A stretch of DNA of 64,000 bases from the human T2T-CHM13v2.0 reference genome, Homo sapiens: assembly GCF_009914755.1 (NCBI RefSeq), contig NC_060925.1. One strand, given 5' to 3'. A program made the position numbers and the translations under genes. Shown here piece after piece: positions 1 to 19,540 of the stretch. Within the stretch, counting starts at the first letter, position 1, and each line of letters starts with the position of its first letter. The notes below the pieces were generated by a model, which was not told the origin of the DNA, did no database searches, and worked only from the letters and a program-made list of their open reading frames with translations.

Positions 1-175
1 GTGGAGACAAAGTCCTCATTCGTAGTCATTAGAAACTATCTGTGAGCGTTCCTTCATTCCCAGCACAAATGATTATCTTCCCCACAACCCCGCCCCGTTC
101 TTTTAGAATTCCTCTCCTATGCACACATTTGAAGACAATAATACATCAGTCCTGGTTTTAAAAGGGGGAACAGTT

Positions 176-500
<325 letters not shown>

Positions 501-806
501 AAGGAAGTTAACAGAGGCACGACTTCCCCCACCAGTACTTTGCGAACTCTGTTCTGGCCCGGGTAAAACAACTCACGATCCTACCACGCAACTCATCAGC
601 TTTTCTTTTCCTCCCTACCCATCCCTGCCCGGAGGCACTCGCGTTGCCCCAGAATCGCTAGTTGCCTACACACACAACCTTAGACTCTCCACTGTCACTG
701 TCTTGTGCTCAAGTCAACGCTGCAGAACACAGGAAACGGGGGCTGGCCGGGAAATCCGCGCATCCGGCCCCAGGGCGCCCCAGCCTCCCCGGCTCGTTGC
801 AGTTAC

Positions 807-987
807 CGGTTGCTGGCTCGAAAGCTTTCTCGGTACCGGAGGCGTCCGCCGGCTCCACGCGGGCCCCGCCGCGGTAATTGAGCGGCTGCGACACGACGAA
901 GGTGCCAGTGCTCATGGCGGCGACAGGAGAGGGCCGAAGACTGCGAAGAAGCGGGGAGAGCGCGGCCAGGCCTGCTCGGAGAAACAT
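807..987 (-). CDS. ALDH9A1: ALDH9A1 (4-trimethylaminobutyraldehyde dehydrogenase) coding exon 1; gene continues off the left edge
   Basis: Translates MFLRAGLAALSPLLRSLRPSPVAAMSTGTFVVSQPLNYRGGARVEPADASGTEKAFEPAT-G, the ALDH9A1 N-terminus. 181 nt (60 codons + 1) ending at donor ACCG|GTAACT (GT at 806-805). Second in-frame ATG at 915-913. Confidence 0.97.
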
Positions 988-1021
988 GAGTGGCGGACGC
1001 AGCTCCGCGGCAGAGGCTGAC

Positions 1022-1066
1022 GGGCCGCGGGAGGGGCGGGGCCGCGGGAGGGGCGGGGCCGCGGGA
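1022..1066. repeat. 17-bp GC-rich tandem repeat, about 2.6 copies
   Basis: GGGCCGCGGGAGGGGCG at 1022-1038 and 1039-1055, partial copy at 1056-1066. Confidence 0.9.
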
Positions 1067-1486
1067 TCGGTTCTAGGAGATTTTAGGGGCAGTCACTCGA
1101 TTCCTCTGCGGTCCAGGCCAGGCCCTCCCCTCGCCAGGAGGGTGGAGCAAGACACCACATTCTCCCCACCATCCCGCCATACCCCACACAGTCTCCAGGC
1201 GGGAAGAGGACTTCCTTCTTCGTGATCAATATTTGCGTAGCACTTTGCAAGTGTTTTCGGGTTCATCATTGCATGTAAGCATCCTAGGATCCCATTCTTA
1301 ATCCTATCGCCTGAAGAAGGCAGAGGATTGGAGTGCCAAGAGTCTTTGGTGGTTACTTCACTGCTAAACCACCGTTTCTGTAATTGTATAATGCTTTTTA
1401 AAGGGTGACAGTAAAAAGCAAGGGGACTGTGAACGAGATAGATGATATTGTGATCTGAAACTGCTTTTTAAATTCTTAAAGAGATA

Positions 1487-2050
<564 letters not shown>

Positions 2051-2793
2051 TTCTGAAGGAGCAATGTAAATGCTATTAATGACAAATATTGATAGAAACA
2101 GAAGCCTAACATACAGAATACGAAGAGCAAAGGCCACAGGAAAAAGTGTCAGGAAACAAAATGCCTTCTGTAAGACAAAGCAGCCACCCAGAGGCACTCA
2201 CAGGTCTGTCAGCTGAGGGATCTTGCACAAAGGTTCATTCTTCTCACCAAACTTCCATGCACCTCCAGTAGAGACTTTGACAAACAGAAAGTAATTGGCA
2301 ATTTGGACATTTCTTTTAGGATTGTTTCTCTTCTGGGGGCTGCTGTCTTTCTCAATGTTTTTTCCTTTACCTGCCAGCTCACCAGCGCAATATTAGGGAG
2401 TGTGGTTTTCAGGTTTAGAGTATATATAATGTATTCTGATCAAGTTTTCTGGCACTCTATACCAGTTTGTTCACTTTTTCAGTGCTACTGAGATGTGTAG
2501 GTCTTGGTCCTCAGATGGAAACAGCAGTGCCCAAACTCAGAATACCTGAGGCCACACTCACATATTATTTTATTATTGTCCATTGCAAACAGAATTGAAA
2601 CATATCAGGAGTTGGTGACGAGCAACACTATAGATTTCCAAGATCACTGAATGGTCATTTAGGTACAGAAACTATACGTCTCAAATTTTATGGGACAATT
2701 TCTATTTAAAAGATTCTGTCCCCAACCAATGCATTTTGACTTGTCACATCATAATTCCTGATGTTTGTTTTGGAAATGTGGTCGTGATGTCTA

Positions 2794-2958
<165 letters not shown>

Positions 2959-3199
2959 TTAAAAATTAGCCGAGCATGGTGGCACAAGCGTGTAGTCCTG
3001 ACTACTCAAGAGACTGAGGTGGAGGATTGCTTGAGGCCAGGAGTTCAAGACTGGAGTGAGCGATCATGGCACCACTGCTCCAGCCTGGGCAACAGAGTAA
3101 GACCCTTCCCCAAAGAAAACAGATCTCCTCCAAAATATCTACCTTTTAAATATCTAGCTGTTCCTCTTACCTATCTGTGCTTTTATTATTAAATTATTA

Positions 3200-3351
3200 T
3201 TTTTAACTTTTAGGTTCAGGGGTACATGTAAAGATTTGTTACATAGGTAAACTTGTGTCATGGGGGTGTGTTGTATAGATTATTTCATTACCCAGGTATT
3301 AAGCCTAGTACCCATGAGTTATTTTTCCTGATCCTCTCCCTCCTTCCACCC
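3200..3351 (-). mobile_element. 5'-truncated L1P 3' end
   Basis: L1P 3'UTR motifs (ggggtacatgt...ttgttacataggtaaac...cattacccaggtattaagcctagtaccc). Flanked by TSD ttattatta(a/g)attatta at 3183-3199 and 3352-3368. Confidence 0.82.
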
Positions 3352-4237
3352 TTATTATTAGATTATTAATGTATTATTTTTCATTAGCAAAATCCAACAT
3401 GTAGAAAGAGCTTTATAGGTTACAGAGCCCTTTCACATTTACTTTCTCACATGAAGCTCATAATAACCCTACAAAAGAAAAGGAAACTAACAGAGATTGA
3501 GCTAGGAGGTAGTATGTGGCACTTTGTCAAATATCTCAGTGACAATCATGCAAGATAGGTTTTATCATCCCCATTGTACAGATGAGGAAACTAATAGAAA
3601 GGTCGTAGAGCTTCCCCATAAAGGAGCTAAGGCTGGAGTCCAGCTCTGTGCAAGTCCAAAGTAAATTTCTTCTTACTACACCAGGTCGAGATGTTGACCC
3701 CATGAAGGTTGCTATCAAAATTCACTCTTATGTTGGTGGATATTTATCAGAAACCCAGAAATCTGGTTCTAGGGAGATTTAAAGGACATGTAAACTTCTT
3801 AGGATATTTGTCAGCACTACCCAGTAAGCAGCCCAGAAGTCACAGAGGATGCTGGCCAGTTTACAAGTTCAGGGTGAAATTCAAAGGGACAAAGATGCCA
3901 CAAGGAGCAGAAGGAATGCCAAAAGAGAAACACCTCTTAGATGGGTGTGTGTTGGAGGGCAGATTTGGGGGTAAAAAGAGATAGAAAAGGAGTGGAATCA
4001 TTGCTAAAGGGGTAGAAGATCCAAGGAGAAACTGCCTGCCTCACAACTTGCTTAAAGCCAAACTTGGGTGCCACTAAAGCCCCCTCCTTTTCCACATTTC
4101 CTTCCCCAGACAACCAGAGGAGGAAAAGAAAAGCAACTGGATCCCCTTCCGCCACCTCCAGGTCTCCTAAAGGAAGAAGTCCTTGGGAACCCATACTGTG
4201 TGATCCAGGGTCCTTCACTGGCCTCTCCCTCAGGTCA

Positions 4238-4435
<198 letters not shown>

Positions 4436-5499
4436 CTACTAAAAATACAAAAAAAAAAAAAAAAAAAAAGCCAAGTGTGGTGGCGCACACCTCTAGTCCC
4501 AGCTGCTGGGGGGTTGAAGCGCGAGGATCGCTTGAACCTGGAGGCAGAGGCTGCAGTGAGCCAAGATTGAAACATTGCACTCCAGCCTGGGCGACAGAGC
4601 AAGACTCGCTCTCCAAAAACAAAAAAAAAAAAAAAAAAAGAAAGAAAAGATCTTTAGGGAGTACTAGCTCTTAGTCTGTCCTCTAGAACTATTAATACAT
4701 CAAACACACACACACCACATTTATTTTTATTTCCTGAACAATAGTATGTTTACTACTGTTGCAACTCCTTCAGTGGGGAGCCAGAAAACCATCCACACAA
4801 AAAGAAAGGAAAAAATTACTCAGAATCCTGTTCCTGCCCATTTTAACAGGGCCTTTCACTTAACAATAATTTACAGATTGAATTTTATTTTAAGCCTGAG
4901 TGTCCTCACATTCTTCATATACAGAATGTAATTTTCTCACTGAAGACCTAACAGGTTTCCTAATCTAGGCAGCCTGACACTAGGATTAGGTCCTTAATGA
5001 ATATTTGTTGAACGAACACATCAGTCAGGTGTTACAAACCAGGACTTTGAAATCACTGCGCTGATGAGGATGTCCCCTAATGCTACTTAGGCATCTCTGC
5101 TTGGATAATCTAGTCTTTTTCATTTTTAACAGCTTTTTAGGCTATAATACTCATATTTTCAAAAATAGGTTTAATTTATAAACCTGAGGTAATATGAAAC
5201 AGTATGTGAAAGTGGTCTAAAAATTAGAAAGCACTATACAATTGCTATTATAATAACAATGTTCATAGTTTGCAGTGCCTTCGTGTTTTTCTCAAATGAA
5301 ATTCAGGGTCATTGACTTTGGAATTTGTTCTTGGAGTTGATAATCAGCTAGAGGCTAAAGGCTACTGAGCTTACAGAAAAATTTAGAATCTGTCTGTTAT
5401 CTAAGACAGTAGCATTATATAGAAATTATTCCAACTCTTCCAAATGTATAAGATATAAAAATGAGAGATTCAGAAGGTTTTTTTAAAAAAAGGATATGA

Positions 5500-5766
<267 letters not shown>

Positions 5767-6465
5767 TGAGATTACAGGTGTGAGCCATCACCTGTATATA
5801 CTGATATGTATATCAGTGGTTTTTTCTGGGCACACACCTGTCAGTGTTTTTTCTGGGCACACACCTGTAGTCCCAGCTACTCAGGAGGCTGAGGTGAGAG
5901 GATCTGAGGGGGAAGGATTGCTTGAGCTTAGGAATTTGAGACCAGCCTGGGCAACACAATGAGACCCCAATTCTAAAAAAAAACCCAAAACTTTAAAAAC
6001 TCAAACAAAGAGGCCAGGTGCAGTGGCTTACACCCGTAATCCCAGCACTTTGGGAGGCCAAGGCGGGAGGCTCACTTGAGGCCAGGAGTTTGAAATCAGC
6101 CTGGGCAAAATAACAAAACTCTGTCTCTACACAAAGTAAACAATAAAAAATTACCCAGGTGTGGTGGTACATAACTGGGGTTCCAGCTACTCAGGAGGCT
6201 GAGATGGAAGGATGGTTTGAGCCTGGGAGGTCAAGGCTGCAGTGAGTCATGATCACACCACTGTACTCCAGCTTGGATGACAGAGCAAGACACTGGCTCA
6301 AAAACAAACAAACGAAAAACCAAGCCATTCTGGCATACCATTTAAGTTAAAGGCATTTGAAAAATAGCAGGGATGCTGAGGTGAGAGTATCACTTGAGCT
6401 CAGGAGGTTGAGGCTACAGTGAGCCATGATCGTGCCACTGCACTCCAGCCTGAGCAATAGAGTGA

Positions 6466-6767
<302 letters not shown>

Positions 6768-6885
6768 TGAACACCTGGGCTCAAATCATCTGCCCACATC
6801 GGCCTCCCAAAGTGCTGGGATTACAGGCATGAGCCATTGTGCCCGGCCTTGTGCTGTTCCTTTAAAGCTAAAGATGAAATTCCCA

Positions 6886-7544
<659 letters not shown>

Positions 7545-7736
7545 AGCTGCATTTGCCCATATGGCTTGTTTTCTTAGGACAGAATCCTAGAAGTGGAATT
7601 GCTAGGTCTAAAGACATAATTGTTTTTAAACTTTTTGATACCAATTTGCAAGTAGCCTTAAAAAAAAAAAAAAGACCGGGTGCGGTGGCTCATGCCTGTA
7701 ATCCCAGCACACTGGGAAGCCGAAGCGGGTGGATCA

Positions 7737-8060
<324 letters not shown>

Positions 8061-9136
8061 TCATATCAAGGGGACAGTACAACAAATTTTGACAGAGGTA
8101 TGTAATTACTTCATTCATGATATGCAGGGAGTTTTTTTATTATATGACTGTAAATATTAATCACCATTAAGCCAAGTAGTCTATTTTAATTATATTTTCT
8201 TTTTTGCATAATTTTTTATTTTTCCAGTTCACAATTGCTTCTAATTTTCTTATGAATACTTGACTAAGTCTTTCCACACCCTCTGACAGCTCTGTAAAAC
8301 AAAGTCAATATATAATTTCTATATGGTCAAACCTATGAGATAATTTGTGTGGCTTTTTGTTTTGTTTTCCTTGGAGATACCTGTACGGGAGTTTTCCAAC
8401 CTCCTCATCTACTCTGGATTGCTTGTTCTCTCCACCTGCTCCCCCACTCTTGCCCTGGGACTTGTCTTTGCTGTCATCCCAAGCATTCCCTTTGCCCCTG
8501 CCTGCCAATATCCTCTGTTTCCATGTCTTCCTCTTTCTTCGTATACTCCCTTATTTTAACAGAGACATCTTCTAGTAGTAGCTTCTTGAGAAAGGGCACA
8601 AGGAAGGTAAATCATTTGAGACTGCCCAAATGAAAAATATTCATTCTCTCACATATGATTGATGATCTAGGTGTGCATAGATAAGTATAGTATTCAAGTT
8701 GAAAACAACATTCTTTTAGAATTTTAAATGTAAATTCCATTATCTTCTAGTTTAGAATTGCTATTGAGAAATCTAATTTGTAGGCAGTTTTTCATCTGCC
8801 TTTCCAATGTTTTTTGAGAACCCATTCTGCACCAGGCACTGAATTAGATGTTAGGAGTATACAAACCTGAATACACAGGCACATGGTAAGAACTTAATAA
8901 GTAGCTGTTGTATTATGTAGCCAGTTTCCTTAGGTTCCTTATTTTTTCTTTACCTTGAGTCATAGAAAAACACAATAGAGAAATCAGAAGTTTAATGAAA
9001 GTGCTTTGGACAATTTCTAACATAAATTACAATTCAGAACGTTTAAAAAATCCCAACCTATCCAATCTCTAAATGCCACATATCCAATCCATTATCAAGT
9101 GTTAACATTTTTGCCTTTAAAATATATCTTGATTCA

Positions 9137-9365
9137 GCTAAGCTATGAGGATGCAAAGACATACAGAGTGATATAATGGACTTTGAGGACCCAGAGGGAA
9201 GGTTGGGAGAGGGATGAGGGATAAAAGACTACATATTGGGTACAGTGTACACTGCTTGGGTAATGGGTACACTAAAATCTCAGAATTCACTGCTACAGAC
9301 CTCATCCATGTAACCAAAAACCACTTGTACCTCAAAAGATATTGAAATTTAAAAAGAGAAAAAAA
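9137..9365 (+). mobile_element. L1PB-type 3' end
   Basis: gctaagctatgaggatgcaaag...gggtacagtgtacactgcttgggt...catgtaaccaaaaaccacttgtacc followed by an A-rich tail. Confidence 0.8.
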
Positions 9366-10558
9366 GAAGAAAGACCTTATCTTTTTACCTTAAATAGGAA
9401 GACATCACAACAGAGAAATCCATGCTTTTTAATAAAGAACAGAACAGAGACTATTCACCATGATTAGTCAGAACGTACGTTCTCTTTTTATCTCTGAATT
9501 AATTAGTTTTCAGATCAGCTGCATTATCGAAGGCAAAAATAGCAATGGCAAATACAGGAAATAAATTTATTTCTCTATTATATAACGGTCCATGCTAAGC
9601 AGTCCAGGGATAATATGGTGGCCCCCAAAGTATTAGGGACCAAGGGACCCTCTGTGTTCTTGTTCTGACATCCTCACGTTAACTTCTCCATGTTCCTTGA
9701 AAGGCTATTCTCTTTCAGCTTCTGGTAGAAGAGCTTCTGACATAACAAGACGTGGCGATGATTTTTTGTATCAATAATCAGCATCCACAGTGATTCTGAT
9801 GCAAGCGTCCTTGGACCACATTCAAAACAATTAAGCATTGTTTCCCATGTTATGACTCTCAGAACACTAATTTTGCAAGATGCTCCATATAAAAAGGATT
9901 CTGTTGATAAATAAGTTTGGAAAACTGTACTTAACACATTCCCATTTTGGAAATCACAATGATTATTAGCATATTTTGAACTTAAATAAGTGCTGCAGTA
10001 AAGAAATCTGCTCAATGTTATACAATCTGATGTTTCTCAATCTTATTTGAGCTCAGCATTGTTTTTTCAGGTGACTTACTAAACTCTGTAGGAAATGCTG
10101 TTTAAGAATCAGATTGGGTAAAATGGGGAAGAGATCATTAAAGTTAGCAAGTAAGGGATCTTTAGTATCTTTAAATAGAGCAATTTCAGTTGAAGGGTGA
10201 GAAGAAGCCAGGCTATAATAAGTTATGGAATGAACCAGAGGTGCAATGTGTACATTGAACATACAACTACATTTTCCAAAAGGATAGTGAAAGAAAGAAA
10301 GGTGCAATACAGTTTCAGGAAGAAAAAAGGAGTCAGGAAGAGGGAGAACTTGCAAATCCAAGAGGAATAAGAAATAACTGGGTCATCAAGTGGAATGGAG
10401 GCTGCCGAGGAGGTGAAGAGAGAGGGCTGAGAGAAGCAGCAAGAGATTTGTTCTGGGGACCCAGAAACCCACGGTACCCTACTGAAAATCAAATCCCTTG
10501 GAAACCCACAGAGACAGCAGCAAAAAAAGGGATAAAGACACTCAACACCAGGAACTCA

Positions 10559-10620
10559 CCTCTCTCTCTGCCTCTCTCCCCGTCTCTCTCTCTGCCTCTC
10601 TCCCCGTCTCTCTCTCTGCC
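10559..10620. repeat. 24-bp CT-rich tandem repeat (about 2.6 copies) in the retrocopy 5'UTR
   Basis: Unit tctctctctctgcctctctccccg, complete at 10583-10606. Confidence 0.85.
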
Positions 10621-11186
10621 TGCCCTAGTCATCTAGTCTCCAAACTCCCAGTCCCCTGTGCCCCTTCCTGGGATACCATGTTGTTCTTCATCCTCCTGCT
10701 AGAGGTGATTTGGATCCTGGCTGCAGACGAGGGTCAACACTGGACATATGAGTGCCCACATAGTCAGGACCACTGTGGCCAGCCTTTTACCCTGAGTGTG
10801 GAAACAATACACAGTCCCCCTTCGATATCCGGACAGACAGTGTGACAATTGACCCTTAGATGACTGCTCTACAGCCCCATGGATATGACCGGCCTGGCAC
10901 TGAGCCTTTAGACCTGCACAAGAATAGCTACACAGTACAACTGTCTCTGCCCTCTACCCTGTATCTAGGTGGACTTTCCAGAAAATATGTAGCTACCCAG
11001 CTACACCTGCACTGGGGTCAGGATGATCCCCAGGGGGCTCAGAACACCAGATCAACAGTGAAGCCACAGTTGCCGAGCTCCACATCATACGTTATGGCTG
11101 TGATTCCTGTGATAGCTTGAGTGAGGCCGCTCAGAGGCCTCAGGGCCTGACTGTCCTGGGCATCCTAATTGAGGTGAGTGAGACTA

Positions 11187-11486
<300 letters not shown>

Positions 11487-12996
11487 TCAGTGAGAGAGCT
11501 GCTCCCCCGACAGCTAGGGCAGTTCTTCCTTTACAATAGCTCGCTCACAACTTCCCCTTGTTAGTAGAGGGTGCCCTGGACAGTTTTCAGTCCAAGGGCC
11601 CAGATTTCAATGGAACGGCTGGAAAAGCTTCAGGAGACATTGTTCTCCACAGAAGAGGGGCCCTCCAAGTCCTGATACAGAACTACTGATCCCCTCAGCC
11701 TCTCAACCAGCAATGACCTTTGCTTTTTTCATCCAGATGGGATCCTTGTATCCTACAGGTGAAATGCTGAGCCTTGGTGTAGGAATCTTGGTTGGCTCTC
11801 TCTGACTTCTGCTGGCCATTTTCTTCATGGCTAGAAGGCTTCAGAACAAGAGGCTGGAAAATCAGAAGAGCGTGGTCATCACCTCAGCATGAGCCACCAC
11901 TGAGGCATAAACTCCCTCTTAGATACCTTGGATATGGATGCCTTCCCCTCGTGCCTCCAGAGGTGCTTTCCCCTCATGTCTCACCACCCCTCAGGGAACC
12001 TCTAAAATGGGGTGCAGGGACTGGCCGGAATTACTGTAGGAGTAGTAGGCGCTTCTCCTCTGGACATCCCCTGCAGAGAGGTATGGACCCAGGCTCTCAT
12101 TCAAGGAAGAACAGCAGAGCCTTCAGCCCCTCAAAACATGTAGGAGGAGATCAGGGCATCCCTGTGTTGTTAGTGCAGAGGACAAACTGTGTTTAGTTTT
12201 AGGGGAAGTTTGGGATGTACCCCAAAGTCCTCCACCATCTCACCTTTATGTCCCTTTCCCTAGATATATTGCAGGATCTCCCCTTAGGAGAAAGAGTTGC
12301 TGTTGGGGTTATATATTTTTGCTCAACATATTTGGAAACTAAAGTTTCTGGAGGAAAAAAAAGGAAATAAGAAATAATTGATGCAAAGTCCCAAAGGCAG
12401 CAAGAAAGAGTGGAGCCAAGAGGACAAGTAAAAATGTAAAGAGAAGAAATACTGTTTTTCTTTCCTCAAAAAAGAGAAAAGGTGAAAAGATGAGTACAGA
12501 TATATGTTTGGAAGTGAAGGAGCATGGCTGGAAGAGAGCTGGTTTTCTCTGTGAAGTAGGAAGAAAAATCACCTGCTGAAAATAAGGAGAAAAGAAAAAG
12601 GAAGATAAAGTTTTGGAACAGCACTTCTGGGAGATAACAAACTTCGCTAACTAAGAATTAGTAAAACGGTTGTTGAGCAGTACTCAGTGCTGAGTTGAAT
12701 ATTGAATAGATTTTTTTTCCTTCCTCACTCAGTGGTCCAGGAGGAGAACAAGCAGGTGCTCGGATTCATCTAGGGTTGAGGATTAATGGGGTAATGCGGC
12801 AGAAAAAGAGGAACAAAGGACCTGAAGGCCCTTGTGACAATGAATGATAACTTCTTTTTCAATAAAAGAAAAAAAGGCCGGGGGCGGTGCCTCATGCATG
12901 TAATCCCAGCACTTTGGGAGGCCCAGGTGGGTGGATCACCTGAGGTCAGGAGTTCGAGACCAGTGTGACCAACGTGGTGAAATCCTGTCTCTACTA

Positions 12997-13190
<194 letters not shown>

Positions 13191-14293
13191 TTAAGGTTGT
13201 GGAAGCATCTAAGATATGTGTGTTCAAAGAGATTTCTCTGTTCAGTATTTCAGAGCTTTAGGTGGTGATTACATTAATTCATGGGAATGAATTGTTGGAG
13301 TGAAGTGGAGGGGAAGTCTGCTGCAGTAAAGGATGTCTAGGAATTGCAAAGCTAGTTAACAAGGTATATGATGAGCAATGGCTACTTTTAAATCTTGGCT
13401 CTGTCCCTTAACAACAAATGAATTTGAACAAGTTGCTTAACCTTCTCAGTGTCTGTTTTCTTATTTTTTTTTTTAAAAGGAGAAAATTATAACTAACGGT
13501 AGGAGCAATGTAAGAAGACAACATATGTAGGCCGGGCATGGTGGCTCATGCTTGTTATCCAAGCACTTTGGGAGGCTGAGGCAGATGGATCACTTGAGGT
13601 CAGGAGTTTGAGACCAGCCTGGCCAACATGGTGAAACCCTGGCTCTACTAAAAATACAAAAATTAGCTGGGGGTGGTGGCGGGTGCCTGTAATCCCAGCT
13701 ACCCCAGAGGCCGAGGCAGGAGAATTGATTGAACCTGGAAGGTGGTGGTTGCAGTGAGCCAAGATTGCCTCACTGTACTCCAGCCCAGGTGACAGAGCAA
13801 GACTCCATCTCAAAAAAAAAAAAAAAAAAAAAAAGACAACATAAGTAAAATATCTGCCACAGTGGGCTCAATAAGTAGAAGCTGCTACTACTGGATTGGT
13901 CAACTATAAGGATGTCATAGACACCTGGAATTATGGCAGAAAAGAGAATAGAAAGGAGCTGGGCATGGTTACATGCACCAGTAATCCCAGCTGCTCAGGG
14001 GGCTAAGGCAGGAGGATCACCAGAGCCCAGGAGTTTGATGCCAGCCTTGGCAACATAGTGAGGCCCTGTCTCAAAAAAAAATAAATAATTTTTTTAAAAG
14101 AAAAAAGGATATAAAGGAAAAGATTAAGCTGTGTGTTTAAGTCCTCAACAAATCTGAGGGTGTGACTTGTAAGTTGCTAAAGGAGAGTATCGAGATTTGA
14201 GAAAACCCAGATGATGTTAAGTCCCTGGCAGTGCCTTCTGGGAGGTATTCTCTTCTCTGTCCTCCATATGCTCATCTTAAGTGGATATTGAAA

Positions 14294-16600
<2,307 letters not shown>

Positions 16601-16763
16601 GGAGGTGGTGAGGAATATGCCTTCTTCAAGGATTATTCAACTTTTGCAGCCTGATTTCTGCAAGTTTGGGAGCACAAGACTTGCTTTATTTTAACAAAAA
16701 CTTTTTAGGCCAGGCTTCCTGAGGTTTCTCCAGCAATAGTTATGCTTCAAAGGCTTACAAGAT

Positions 16764-17363
<600 letters not shown>

Positions 17364-17399
17364 TTACAAGACATTTAATCTGTTTGCTTCTTCTATTCA

Positions 17400-18390
17400 G
17401 TACCATGTGCCAATAGCCACAGCCAGGATTCTTTTCTAGACAGAGTCCTTAAGCCTATTTTATCTCTTTTCTTCCCTACCCCAAACCCTCTTTTCTCAAT
17501 TTAGTGTCAGTTGTCTTGAAACTATCTGAAACAATTGGGCAAGATTGAAAGAAGATCTTTGTCTGACTGAAATGTCTCAATGACAGTCCTCTGAGCTACA
17601 AGTCTTGTCTCGGCTATTACGGTATTGAAGCAGTTGGCTTTTAGAAATCTTTAAGTCCTCAAGCTTCTGGACTCTATTCCCTTCTTTCACTTGCAAACCA
17701 GTAGATTCTAGTCTGAGCTCATCTCTTTTTTGAACATACCTAGCCAAAAACAGCCAGCAGCAGCCAACTCACAGTTACATTCTGGCTCATTCCATCTACC
17801 TTCCCTAGAAGTACCAGTACCATAAGAGTTGTGTCTGCCTGTCAAGTTACCACAGCAACAGTTTTACCAAATATTTTGCCATGGCATAGGAAGAGGCTCC
17901 GTCTTTCAGTCAGTGATATCAGTTCCTAACCTCCTGCTGTGCATCTACTAAGCCAATCCCTCTGTTTTAGGTGTTGGATTTCTAAATTAGGGTATGTTAA
18001 GCTAGTTTATTAAACAGATCCAAAATGTAATAGTTTACACCCAATATAAATTTTTTTGCAATTTACCTAACAGTCCAGAGGCATCTAAGTAAAATGTTCA
18101 AAATCTGTAGGAGCAGGGTTGGAGAAGAGGTGACTCAGCTCCACATGGTAACTGAAGGACTCAGGATGCCATCTTCAACACATGGTTTCCAAGGACACTC
18201 TCAGCATGACCCTCCCAGTCATCCAGAGAAGAAAACAGCAAGAAGTCTTCACTGGTAAGGCATGAAGTGGTTCACATCACTTCTTTTCCCATGCAAGTGG
18301 AGAGAACTTAGTTGAATGACCACAATGAACTGCAAGGGAAACTAACTATGAGAGTGAAGAATGGATTTGGCGAGACAGAGGTCCATCTCC
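17400..18390 (-). mobile_element. Degenerate MLT1 (ERVL-MaLR) LTR with adjacent internal fragment
   Basis: MLT1-like motifs (gccatcttcaacacatgg, catcacttc...gaacttagt..tgaccaca...actgcaaggg). Boundaries approximate. Confidence 0.45.
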
Positions 18391-18407
18391 ATCATTAATA
18401 CAAGCAC

Positions 18408-18860
18408 TGTATCAGTCAGAGTTCTCCAGAGAAAAAGAAATAATAGGATAAAAAGACAGGGAGAGAGATTTTAAGGATCTGGCTCATGTGACTGTGGGGG
18501 CTGGCAAGTCTGAAATTAGTAGGGCAGGCTAGCAGGCTGGAGATTCAGGATAAGAGTTAAGTTGCAGTCTTGAGTTGAATTCCACAGGGCAGCAATTTGG
18601 AAACTAAGTTACGGTTTCTACATTGCAACCTTGAGAATTTCTTCTTCTTTAGGAGACCTCAGTCTTTGCTTGTGAGGCCTTCAGTTGATTGGATGAGGCC
18701 TATACATGTTATGGAATGTAATATGTGTTACTCAAAGTCTACTGATTGTTAAGTGTTTATCACATCTAAAAAATAACAGCACAGCAACATCTGGGCTGGT
18801 GTTTGACCAAATAACTAGGTCCCATAGCCTAGCCAAGTTGACACAAAGTTGACCATCACA
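18408..18860 (-). mobile_element. MLT2 (ERVL) solo LTR
   Basis: tgtatcagtcagagttctccagagaaa...gccaagttgacacaaagttgaccatcaca, the reverse complement of MLT2 ends. Confidence 0.8.
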
Positions 18861-19071
18861 GATAACCAAATATTGACAATGGTTACCTTTTGGAATCTGA
18901 AGTAAGGGAAGGTGCATGAGGACGGCATAGGGAAGAGAGGCACAGATTTTTGCTTTTCATTTTATACCTTCACAGATATTTGTATTTGTACCAAATGTGT
19001 ATATTGCTTTTTTACAATTGTTATTTTTAATAAGAAAGACAGAACTTTGTGGATTGAACATGTGAGCCTGA

Positions 19072-19540
<469 letters not shown>

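Larger units (their letters stand above)
640..1210. promoter_or_regulatory. CpG-island promoter of ALDH9A1 with GC boxes
   Basis: Dense CpG and high GC over exon 1. GGGGCGGGG Sp1/KLF motifs at 1033-1041 and 1050-1058. Boundaries approximate. Confidence 0.88.

Noticed and set aside
10860-11120. 86-aa ORF with the carbonic anhydrase QLHLHWG motif as a functional enzyme
   Set aside because: A fragment between a stop and a frameshift. It lacks the third zinc His in frame and the C-terminal half.
11792-12196. 134-aa ORF
   Set aside because: Out-of-frame reading of the CA14 retrocopy C-terminus and 3'UTR with a non-ATG start.
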